Virus record (IMG/VR): IMGVR_UViG_3300031548_000001
Span: 1 to 64,000 of that record
Strand: one strand, 5' to 3'
Source of the DNA: a virus
DNA length: 64,000 bases
The translations under genes were made by a program, and so were the position numbers. Of the stretch, positions 56,488 to 64,000 are shown in pieces; the first letter of the stretch is position 1, and the number at the start of each line of letters is the position of its first letter. The notes beneath the pieces are model-generated. The model was given only the letters and a program-made list of their open reading frames with translations. It made no database searches and was not told the DNA's origin.

Positions 56488-57942
56488 TCATGCGAGGAGC
56501 AGGCGATGCTGGCCTGCGAGCATTTCCCAGAGCACAGTCACAGCGTCGATTTGGTCGTCATGTGCGCCGTCCGGGAACTGCTCAAGCTCATCAAGGAAGT
56601 CTTGATTCCACTCACCTTCGACCATGAAGAATTTACCGCCGTCGATCTTGGCTATCCACGGCAGCGCACGGACGAGCTTGTCCGATGTCGGCGTGTAGCT
56701 GGTGACAATGACGCGGCCCTTGTAGTGCGTTCGGATGTCCGTTGCTGCCACTTCCCAGGCACCGACGGCCTCGATACCTACTCGTTTACCGATCGCCTCG
56801 CGCTCGATGTATTTGAAGAGCGTCGCCTTTTGCTCAGGCCACAAGCGCCTCGCTCGGTCCATGTGCACGAGGTAAAAGTTTCCATCCTTGTCCATGCACC
56901 CGTAGGCACCGGCTGAGTAGTCGCTCAGGTTCGTCTTGGATACAGCCAAGTCCCAGCCGCGCACCATCTCGCGTCCGGTCGGCACCTTTGAGCGAGGTAT
57001 TGTGACGATCTTCTTGATGTCGGTGATCGCGCCGCCCGGCGGGTTGGGCCTCTGCTGGTAGAGCGCGTTCCACTCGTAGCTTCCGATCTGTATTTTTTGA
57101 GCACCGAGCCACTTTTCATCGCGAACCTCGGGCCAGAGGGCTTGGCCTATCTTGCGCCCCATCTCGTCCGTGTCTGGGTTCTCGCACAACGCTTCGAGGC
57201 TGAGCACCTCGAAGTTCACGTCATCGAAACCGGCCTCCTTTAACGCGGCGACACGCTTGGGATCTTGGAGACGGCCAGCCAAGTCATCTTTGTGCCAGCG
57301 CGTCTGGATCACGATGACGATGCCGTCGGGAGCCAAACGGGTCATGGCGGTGGACGTGAACCACTCCCACACCTTATCGCGTTGCGTCTGTGAATTCGCC
57401 TCGGCGCGATCCTTATGCGGGTCGTCGATCAGCAGGATGTCGGCAGGCATACCTGTGCCGCCACCCACCGACGTTGCGAAGTAGTGCCCACCCAAGCGTG
57501 TCTGCCAGTAGTCCTCGCGGTTGACGCGTGGATTGATGAGCTCAGGGAAGAACTGCTTGTAGCGTTCGCTCTGGACGAGGACGCGAGCCTCACGCGAAAA
57601 GCCAGTCGAGAGCGTGGCCGTGTGCCCGGCCTGCATGATACGCAGTGTCGGGAACACCGTGAGCGCCCACGCCGCGAAAATGATCGATGCCAGGCGCGAC
57701 TTACCGTGCTGCGGTGGCACGTTGATGATGAGCCGGCGAATGCCTCGACTGAGGCACTTCATTAGCTTGCGGGCGAGCAGACGGTGAAACTTCGCCGCTA
57801 CCCATCCGGGATAAAACGCCTCGCCAAAGGTAGCCAGCGACTTCAAGCACGCCGCACGCGTGACCTTGGCCAGCCCCTTCAGTGGCAGCGGTTCAAGTTG
57901 GGTCCGGCGTGCTGGTAGCTTCGGCTGGACGGTCTTTGTCAT
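56488..57942 (-). CDS. terL: Terminase large subunit
   Basis: PPQHGKS, LIDDPHK, QTRWHKDDL, LYQQRP, WDLA, HDDQIDA. Confidence 0.96.
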   Translation of the reverse strand: MTKTVQPKLPARRTQLEPLPLKGLAKVTRAACLKSLATFGEAFYPGWVAAKFHRLLARKLMKCLSRGIRRLIINVPPQHGKSRLASIIFAAWALTVFPTLRIMQAGHTATLSTGFSREARVLVQSERYKQFFPELINPRVNREDYWQTRLGGHYFATSVGGGTGMPADILLIDDPHKDRAEANSQTQRDKVWEWFTSTAMTRLAPDGIVIVIQTRWHKDDLAGRLQDPKRVAALKEAGFDDVNFEVLSLEALCENPDTDEMGRKIGQALWPEVRDEKWLGAQKIQIGSYEWNALYQQRPNPPGGAITDIKKIVTIPRSKVPTGREMVRGWDLAVSKTNLSDYSAGAYGCMDKDGNFYLVHMDRARRLWPEQKATLFKYIEREAIGKRVGIEAVGAWEVAATDIRTHYKGRVIVTSYTPTSDKLVRALPWIAKIDGGKFFMVEGEWNQDFLDELEQFPDGAHDDQIDAVTVLWEMLAGQHRLLLA

Positions 57943-58597
57943 TCTGCTTTTCGGCCTGTTCGTCTTCGATCATTCGCTCGTAGTGGCGTCGCAGGATCGC
58001 GTCTTGGTCTTCGTCGTTGAGCGCGATGTTTGCCGTGACGAGCGGTCCACCGTCGGCGCCGGTCAGCTCGGTCTTGGTCGGAGCAGCCAAGCCCAGCAGC
58101 TTCACACGCCGGTCATGCACATCGAGAATCTTGGCGATGAACGCCGGATCACCCGCGCTGGTTGTCTGCACCGCGGACTTGGTCTCGGTGCCGCCACCGT
58201 CCGAAGCAGCCGCGCCTTCGCCTTTCTTCGCCGCAGCCGCTTTCTTCGTGAGTGTCGTGCGCGAGGTGGCCTGCTTCGATTTGTCCCAAGCGTCCCAAGC
58301 CTCCGACTCCACCACATCGAGCTTACGCAGCTCCTTCTCTTTCTCTGCACCGACCATGGCCAATGACTCTTGGCGCCATGCCTCCTTCAGCTTCTTCAGG
58401 TCAGCACCGACCTGGGCGTGGCTGATCGTGTAGGGACGCTCTTTGGCCAGCAGTTCCGCGATCTGACGCAGCGTCTTACCCCGCAGGGCATGACGCTCAA
58501 TGAAAAGCATGTCGGCCGCCTTCTGGGTGGACGTGCGCTTGTTCGCCGTGGGCGGCTTCGGTGCCGTCGGCGTGGGTGACTGTGGCGTCTCGCTCAT
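57893..58597 (-). CDS. terS: Terminase small subunit
   Basis: N-terminal HTH and RRVKLLGL.AP.K.ELTGADGGP; upstream of terL. Confidence 0.8.
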   Translation of the reverse strand: MSETPQSPTPTAPKPPTANKRTSTQKAADMLFIERHALRGKTLRQIAELLAKERPYTISHAQVGADLKKLKEAWRQESLAMVGAEKEKELRKLDVVESEAWDAWDKSKQATSRTTLTKKAAAAKKGEGAAASDGGGTETKSAVQTTSAGDPAFIAKILDVHDRRVKLLGLAAPTKTELTGADGGPLVTANIALNDEDQDAILRRHYERMIEDEQAEKQNDKDRPAEATSTPDPT

Positions 58598-58878
58598 CAG
58601 GCCTGAGCGACAGGGGCAACCTTCGGCACGAAACCAAGCTCGATGGCCTCTTCAGGCGAAAGCTTAGCGGCTACCGATTTACGCAACTCAGCTTGCTTGA
58701 TGATAAGCTCAAGTTTGTCGGACAGATCTCCAGTAAAATAGATGTTCTCAATGACCATATGAGCGCACGGCCTGCGTTCTTTGGTCGGATCGGTTGCCTG
58801 CACTTCAGCATCAAACTGTTTACAGAGTTCAAACAGACGCGCTGACGCTTCGAGAATACTGGCCTTCGTTTCTTTCAT
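58597..58878 (-). CDS. Hypothetical protein
   Basis: Behind a leader; KLSPEEAIELG. Confidence 0.65.
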   Translation of the reverse strand: MKETKASILEASARLFELCKQFDAEVQATDPTKERRPCAHMVIENIYFTGDLSDKLELIIKQAELRKSVAAKLSPEEAIELGFVPKVAPVAQA

Positions 58879-59061
58879 ATCGTTTCGGGTTCGGGTTTCG
58901 GATCAATGCTCAGAGGCAATGCTGCCGCCGCGCTTCAGACGTGTTGGTGTGGGCGCGTTCAGTATCCTGTCAAAACCTACGTGCTTTTTTGTTTTGCCCG
59001 CTGGGCATTACAGCGCCGGGGGAGGCTCACGGCGGCCCGACTTGGCTTCTGTGCCGTGGCC

Positions 59062-59124
59062 CAGTCTCAATAAGCTGGTCTCGACCCGCGTTTCCCGACA
59101 CTTTGAGCTGCCTTATTGAGACTG
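59062..59124. repeat. 13-bp perfect inverted repeat with a 37-nt spacer
   Basis: CAGTCTCAATAAG ... CTTATTGAGACTG. Confidence 0.85.
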
Positions 59125-59195
59125 ACAGCTCTTTAATGCGCAGGCTTTGCGGTGGGCGCTTGACCATGTGGGGGCATGAACGCACACGTAATAGC

Positions 59196-59912
59196 ATGAA
59201 ACTCAGGACGATTGCATGGGCGGCGATGCTTGGTTGCGTCCAATGCCATGCCGCAATCACGAACCTTTTCAGCCTGGGCTTCGATAATCCGGCTGAACCA
59301 TGGGCCAACTCTGGCACAGTGTCGTTCACGAACACGGTGGGTAGCCCGGCTGACGGTGTGCTGGATGGCAGTAGCTACGCCTATGGCACCGACTTTGAAG
59401 GGACGCTGAGTGGCAACTATGGCGTGCAGCTGTGGATCAAGAACCCGGGACTGGTGGGTGAGGGGGAAGACGTCGTGGTGATCTCGATTGGGAATCCTGA
59501 CACGGATGGCATCTCGCTACGATACAACCCCGCAGAGGGCGGATACTTTTCGGCTGTTGGCAATGGCATGGGCGGCGGCGGCGTCTTCAGTGCCGAGCAT
59601 AGCTTGAGCGAGTGGACGCACGTCGGGCTGGTCTATGCTGGCAGCTTCTTCATCTACATCGACGGCGTGCTGGCCGGGACGGTATCCGCTCCGGTGATTG
59701 ATCCGACGTCGGAATGGTATCTGTTCACGAGCGGCGCGACGGCTACCAAGCTGTCAGGCACTGTGGCCGGGATTAATGCCTTCGTCTTTGAGCAGGATGG
59801 CTTCGTGGCTGAGGAGGATCTGGCAATCTTCGCGATACCTGAGCCAGCGTCATGGGCTGGGCTGGCGGGCTTCGCCGTGCTTGGCGTGGCTGTGTGGCGT
59901 CGGCGGCGCTGA
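59196..59912 (+). CDS. PEP-CTERM protein with a LamG/ConA-like domain
   Basis: Signal peptide, WTHVGLVY...IYIDGVL, IPEPAS + TM + RRRR. Confidence 0.92.
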   Translation: MKLRTIAWAAMLGCVQCHAAITNLFSLGFDNPAEPWANSGTVSFTNTVGSPADGVLDGSSYAYGTDFEGTLSGNYGVQLWIKNPGLVGEGEDVVVISIGNPDTDGISLRYNPAEGGYFSAVGNGMGGGGVFSAEHSLSEWTHVGLVYAGSFFIYIDGVLAGTVSAPVIDPTSEWYLFTSGATATKLSGTVAGINAFVFEQDGFVAEEDLAIFAIPEPASWAGLAGFAVLGVAVWRRRR

Positions 59913-59977
59913 GGGCGCTGGCTCGGCGCCGGTAAGTGCTGCTTGCCGATATGGTCGCGCCGTGCGAATAGTGTCCG

Positions 59978-60397
59978 GTGAAGGTCACAGCCATTTACCG
60001 CCACCATCCCACGGCCTCGCTTTCTGTGCCGCTGGCTGGTTCTTGCGTGGCCGCCGGCTTCCCAAGCCCAGCTGACGACTACGCGGAGCAGCCACTAGAC
60101 CTGTCGGCTTACCTAGTGAAAAATCCCGCGGCCACGATGCTGGTGCGGGCGAGGGGAGCGTCGATGCGAGACGCCGGTATAAATGACGGGGATCTGCTCG
60201 TTGTTGATCGGTCCGTTGAAGCCACAGATGGTCGCGTCGTCATTGCTGTGGTTGACGGAGAATTCACGGTGAAGCGTCTGCGGCGGCGCGGGGGCAATGT
60301 TTGGCTCGCAGCCGCCAACGAAAAATTCAAGGACATCCCGGTATCAGGTGACGACATGATCTGGGGCGTCGTGGTGCACTCGATCCATTCTCTCTGA
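59978..60397 (+). CDS. umuD: UmuD-like S24 protein
   Basis: AAGFPSPADDY, GASM, GDLLVVD, FTVKRL. Confidence 0.93.
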   Translation: MKVTAIYRHHPTASLSVPLAGSCVAAGFPSPADDYAEQPLDLSAYLVKNPAATMLVRARGASMRDAGINDGDLLVVDRSVEATDGRVVIAVVDGEFTVKRLRRRGGNVWLAAANEKFKDIPVSGDDMIWGVVVHSIHSL

Positions 60398-61098
60398 TGT
60401 GCGGGCGTTACACCATCAAGGACGTGAAGGCCGCAGCGATCGCTTACGGCGTTGCCGCTTCGGTGCTCGAGTCTATTGGTCCGCGATTCAACGTGGCGCC
60501 GTCACAGATGTTGCCGGTCATTCGTCCAGAAGGTGACGGCGTTACCGGAGAACTCATGAAGTGGGGCCTCGTTCCTTTCTGGGACAAGTCCGAGAAGCCT
60601 AAGATCGCGCCCATCAATGCCAGGGTGGAGGATGTGTTGAGCAAGCCGGCGTTCCGCCAGTCAGTGCAGAAGCGTCGGTGTTTGGTGGTAGCCGATGGGT
60701 TTTTTGAGTGGCAGAAGCTGGATGAGCACACAAAGGTTCCATTCCATATCCAACTGCGCGGCGGTCACCCGTTTTCATTCGCTGGGATCTATGAGGCTGC
60801 GACGGACCTTCGACCGGCCTCCTTCGCCATCCTAACCACCGGGCCGAATTCTCTTACGGCTCGGATTCACAATCGGATGCCCTTGATTCTCTCTCCGACG
60901 GCCGAAAAGCGTTGGCTTGCTCCGGGATCTATCAGCGCGTCTGACATCGACGCATTCGCCACTCCACTGCCGTCAGAGGAGATGGAAGCATTCCCAGTCT
61001 CTCGCCTCGTGAACAACACCCGCAACGATGCGCCCGGGTGTGTCGAGCTAGTTCCCATTGAGCAGGCTGGGGAAGACGGTGGGCAAAACAGCAGATGA
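60397..61098 (+). CDS. SRAP (YedK/HMCES) abasic-site protein
   Basis: MCGRY N-terminus, INARVE, GFFEW, IHNRMP. Confidence 0.95.
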   Translation: MCGRYTIKDVKAAAIAYGVAASVLESIGPRFNVAPSQMLPVIRPEGDGVTGELMKWGLVPFWDKSEKPKIAPINARVEDVLSKPAFRQSVQKRRCLVVADGFFEWQKLDEHTKVPFHIQLRGGHPFSFAGIYEAATDLRPASFAILTTGPNSLTARIHNRMPLILSPTAEKRWLAPGSISASDIDAFATPLPSEEMEAFPVSRLVNNTRNDAPGCVELVPIEQAGEDGGQNSR

Positions 61099-61101
61099 GC
61101 C

Positions 61102-62370
61102 ATGTTCGCCCTTATCGACTGCAACAACTTCTACGCATCGTGTGAGCGGGTTTTTCGGCCGTCGCTGAACGGGAAGCCAGTCGTCGTCCTGAGCAACAAC
61201 GATGGATGTGTGATCGCCCGGAGCAACGAGGCGAAAGCCCTCGGGATCGAGATGGGCGATGCATGGCACCTGAACCGAGCGAAGTTCGAGGCGTGGGGCG
61301 TAGCCGTTTTCTCTTCCAACTATGCGCTCTACGGTGACATGTCCCGGCGCGTGAAGGCGACCCTTGGACTGTTCGCTCAGGAGCTTGAGGCATATTCGAT
61401 CGACGAATGCTTTCTTCGCTTCGGTCGCGGCGGCGACTGGGTGGACTTGGGGCAACAGATAAAGAAGACGGTGCGCCAGCACACCGGCATTCCTGTGAGC
61501 TGCGGCTTTGCTCCTACAAAGGTGCTGGCGAAATTGGCCAACCGCACCGCCAAGAAACGCCCTGAGCACGGCGGCGTGTTTGTGGCTCCGGATGTCGGTG
61601 CTGAGCGTGATCAGTGGCTTGCCAGCTTCGAGGTTCGGGACGTGTGGGGTGTTGGTCGCCAGCTGTCGGGCCGACTTTTGGCGGCCGGCGTGCGGACGGC
61701 ATTGGACCTCTCACGCATGGCTGATGACGTTGCCAGGCGGATGATGAGCGTGGTCGGGGCCCGCATCGTTGCTGAGCTACGAGGGGATTCCTGTCTGGCG
61801 ATCGAGGAAGTGGCACCACCAAAGAAGGGTATGTGCAGCGCGAAAAGCTTCGGCGTGGCACTGACCGAGTTGGAGGAGTTGCGCGAGCCTGTCGCCGCTT
61901 ACGTGTCTCGATTGGCCGAAAAGCTGCGCGGAGAGGGTAGCGTGTGCGGTCACCTGCGAGTCTTCCTTGAGACGAACCCGTTTTCGCCCGGCGATCCTCA
62001 ATATTACCCGTCGGCTGGCCGTGACCTGCTCACAGCCACCAACTTCACACCTACGCTTTGTGAGGTGGCCGGCAGCCTGCTCGAACGAATCTACCGCCCC
62101 GGGTATCGCTACAAGAAGGTGGGCGTGATGGCGCTGGAAATAGGGCCCGCCGGTGAGGCGCAGCTCGGATTTGATGCTCCATCACCGGATGAATTGGATC
62201 GTCGGAGTCGCCTGATGGCGGCGATGGATCGGGTAAACAGGCAGTTTGGCCGAGGTTCCGTGTCAGTCGGATCTGCAGGCGGACGAGCACCAAGCTGGCG
62301 GATGCGGCAGGCGTTATGCAGTCCGGCTTACACGACAAGGTGGGCGGATCTGCCCGTTGTGGAAATGTAG
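61102..62370 (+). CDS. umuC: Y-family DNA polymerase UmuC
   Basis: [26 protein letters not shown]...SPAYTTRW. Confidence 0.96.
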   Translation: MFALIDCNNFYASCERVFRPSLNGKPVVVLSNNDGCVIARSNEAKALGIEMGDAWHLNRAKFEAWGVAVFSSNYALYGDMSRRVKATLGLFAQELEAYSIDECFLRFGRGGDWVDLGQQIKKTVRQHTGIPVSCGFAPTKVLAKLANRTAKKRPEHGGVFVAPDVGAERDQWLASFEVRDVWGVGRQLSGRLLAAGVRTALDLSRMADDVARRMMSVVGARIVAELRGDSCLAIEEVAPPKKGMCSAKSFGVALTELEELREPVAAYVSRLAEKLRGEGSVCGHLRVFLETNPFSPGDPQYYPSAGRDLLTATNFTPTLCEVAGSLLERIYRPGYRYKKVGVMALEIGPAGEAQLGFDAPSPDELDRRSRLMAAMDRVNRQFGRGSVSVGSAGGRAPSWRMRQALCSPAYTTRWADLPVVEM

Positions 62371-62372
62371 GG

Positions 62373-62624
62373 TTAATCAGCCGATATTGTTCCGCCCACC
62401 ATATCAGCTGCACTGATTCGGCCGGCTTCACACCGCTCATTGAGTTGGCCCTGAGTGATAGTCGCAGCCACGAGATTGGATGCTTCTGTCGTTGCACCCG
62501 GACCTGGTGGTGGAGGGACGATTCCAGCGACTATGCCTTCTGCCATCTTTGTGACGTCATTCATGCTCTGGCATCCTTGGGTAGGAGTGGTTTGCCAGTG
62601 CGCTTTTCGTATTCCTGTGATCAT
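62373..62624 (-). CDS. Hypothetical protein
   Basis: ATGA-coupled start; ends convergently at umuC. Confidence 0.4.
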   Translation of the reverse strand: MITGIRKAHWQTTPTQGCQSMNDVTKMAEGIVAGIVPPPPGPGATTEASNLVAATITQGQLNERCEAGRISAADMVGGTISAD

Positions 62625-62980
62625 GGCGTGGGTGGATTGCGCGTTGCAGCTGGCGTGGCATTGGTGGCGGCATCGGTGGCAGACGTGGCGGCTGGGGTAG
62701 CCGACTGAGCCGCTGGAGTATTGTCTGAGCTGAGCAATTCGACTCGGGCCATAGCCCATGAACGCGCCTTGTGATCGACACCGAGAAATCCAGTGCGATA
62801 TAACCAACGACGAATGGGACGTTTTTTGTAAAATTCGTCTATGGCTGCCCACATTCTTTCACCAAAAAAGATAGCATCACTCATGTCGCTAGATTCGATA
62901 CGTGCAGTTGTGATTGAGCGGTCCTGAATAATCCCAGTCGTGATTTGGGTATTTGGTATCTTTGCTGATTGGTGCTTCAT
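62621..62980 (-). CDS. Hypothetical protein
   Basis: ATGA-coupled. Confidence 0.5.
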   Translation of the reverse strand: MKHQSAKIPNTQITTGIIQDRSITTARIESSDMSDAIFFGERMWAAIDEFYKKRPIRRWLYRTGFLGVDHKARSWAMARVELLSSDNTPAAQSATPAATSATDAATNATPAATRNPPTP

Positions 62981-63180
62981 GACTTTGGTGGCTCTTGGTC
63001 GAGCCGGCGAATCTCGTGCTTGTCGCAGGTGTCCTTGAACTTTTGAGCTGCTGCGCCTACCGCTGAGATGGATTGGGCCATCGTCTCAAAGTGCATCCGC
63101 AGTCTGAGTGACATGCACAGCAGTCGCGTGTTCACGCGGCGCAGCGCTCGCTCTTCTTCCGGTGAGTGGTATTCAGGCAT
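62977..63180 (-). CDS. Hypothetical protein
   Basis: Overlap-coupled. Confidence 0.5.
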   Translation of the reverse strand: MPEYHSPEEERALRRVNTRLLCMSLRLRMHFETMAQSISAVGAAAQKFKDTCDKHEIRRLDQEPPKS

Positions 63181-63433
63181 GACTTAAATTATCCATAGGA
63201 GGCTTATCGTTCGGGGTTTCTATTTCATCCCACTCGGCCAGTTCGCTGCTGCAGTTTTCATCGAATACAAGCGGATGGCCCCGATGCTCGAAGAGGAATG
63301 CGTTCAGCGCCTCCATCGTGTGCGGCTGGCCATAGTATAATGTCGTGCTTTCATGTCCGCTCGCATTGCTGGCTTGTGCTATCCAGAGGTGCTTACGGCA
63401 CTGCCGGCATCCGATTGAGTATGTTCGGCTCAT
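63173..63433 (-). CDS. Small Cys/His hypothetical protein
   Basis: CRQC...LWIAQ...FLFEHRGHPL. Confidence 0.65.
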   Translation of the reverse strand: MSRTYSIGCRQCRKHLWIAQASNASGHESTTLYYGQPHTMEALNAFLFEHRGHPLVFDENCSSELAEWDEIETPNDKPPMDNLSHA

Positions 63434-63438
63434 TTGGG

Positions 63439-63873
63439 CTAAGATAGGAGCGCACGAATTTTGGCCAATCGTTCTTTTCCGAACGTCGCGCCTTTGGATG
63501 TTTCCCACCATCCATTATCGGCACTCGCTTCCTCCTTATCTATGCCTTCGAGAATAGCTTCGATTCGCTCAAGCGCTTCTTTCTTTGGGATCATATCTCC
63601 GGTTTTCAATTTGGGATTTTCACCCGGCAACGGTGGCAACTCCTGCCACGCGATCACCTCAAGGTTCTCCAAGTTTCCGGTATCGTATCGGTATTCCTGT
63701 TTCTGCCAGTATTCGCTTTCGACCTCTGAAGTAGCACCCCAGCCCGGGACGTATTCCGTTTCGATGCAGTAACGCTTAATAACCCACTGCGGCTTAGCGG
63801 GCCTATCCTTTTCGTAGCCCGCCCATTCATAGACGCAGGCAAGATAAAGACCGGGTTTTTTCGGGTTTTTCAT
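63439..63873 (-). CDS. Hypothetical phage protein
   Basis: PKKPGLYL...VIAWQELP motif; GWWETS. Confidence 0.65.
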   Translation of the reverse strand: MKNPKKPGLYLACVYEWAGYEKDRPAKPQWVIKRYCIETEYVPGWGATSEVESEYWQKQEYRYDTGNLENLEVIAWQELPPLPGENPKLKTGDMIPKKEALERIEAILEGIDKEEASADNGWWETSKGATFGKERLAKIRALLS

Positions 63874-64000
63874 TCTGGTGCTAGTTACTGGTTGACGGTA
63901 AATTCCGCCGCGCAGGTAGGTGTGTAGCGAATTCAGTTCCACTTATCGAGGTGATCGTAATTCGGCATCGGCAGCCATCCTATCGGAGTCATCCAGTCTA

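Larger units (their letters stand above)
60..64000. mobile_element. Prophage (siphovirus-like, HK97 head, GTA-like tail); right end outside the window
   Basis: Integrase abuts the tRNA 3' end; terminase, portal, protease, capsid and tail genes are present; no repeat of the tRNA 3' end seen; left boundary approximate. Confidence 0.93.

Noticed and set aside
2074-58905. CCCGAA/TTCGGG repeats as a CRISPR array, telomere-like repeat or iterons
   Set aside because: The copies are short, variable, dispersed and tied to start codons; there is no repeat-spacer periodicity and no cas gene.
58794-59195. N-terminal extension of the PEP-CTERM ORF
   Set aside because: The signal peptide and promoter place the start at 59196; the upstream part overlaps a divergent gene and intergenic structure.
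59940-59985. LexA box upstream of umuD
   Set aside because: Only imperfect similarity (CGAATAGTGTCCG) with wrong spacing; cannot be supported.

Overview
The window is the left ~64 kb of a large temperate siphovirus-like prophage integrated at the 3' end of a host tRNA-Ala(GGC) gene (14-89). No second att copy is visible, so the element probably continues past the right edge. After a + strand tyrosine integrase, almost all genes run leftwards on the - strand. They form a recombination/repair module (intein-containing UvrD, HerA-like ATPase, SSB, Pif1, SbcC/Rad50-like), a DNA-modification/accessory module (DndC/PAPS-reductase-like, C5 and amino methyltransferases, GNAT, ASCH, Gp37/68), a GTA-like tail, an HK97-type head, portal and terminase. 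A + strand cargo block carries a PEP-CTERM protein and umuD-SRAP-umuC. PEP-CTERM and the lack of Shine-Dalgarno sites suggest a Verrucomicrobia/PVC host (inference). The most unusual signals are non-coding: (i) 23 copies, counted by eye, of a start-associated leader (AGAnACCCGAA...(C)CGAAATG) just before - strand start codons; (ii) a candidate ~65-nt small RNA that is antisense to that leader plus AUG; (iii) two clear tRNA-shaped RNAs, and one weak one, whose anticodon loop is replaced by extra structure; (iv) two phage promoter/operator motifs, CTCTTTAC and TTGAC-N20-CAYG. Together these suggest an undescribed RNA-level gene-control system. All protein calls come from motif recognition; no database search was run.
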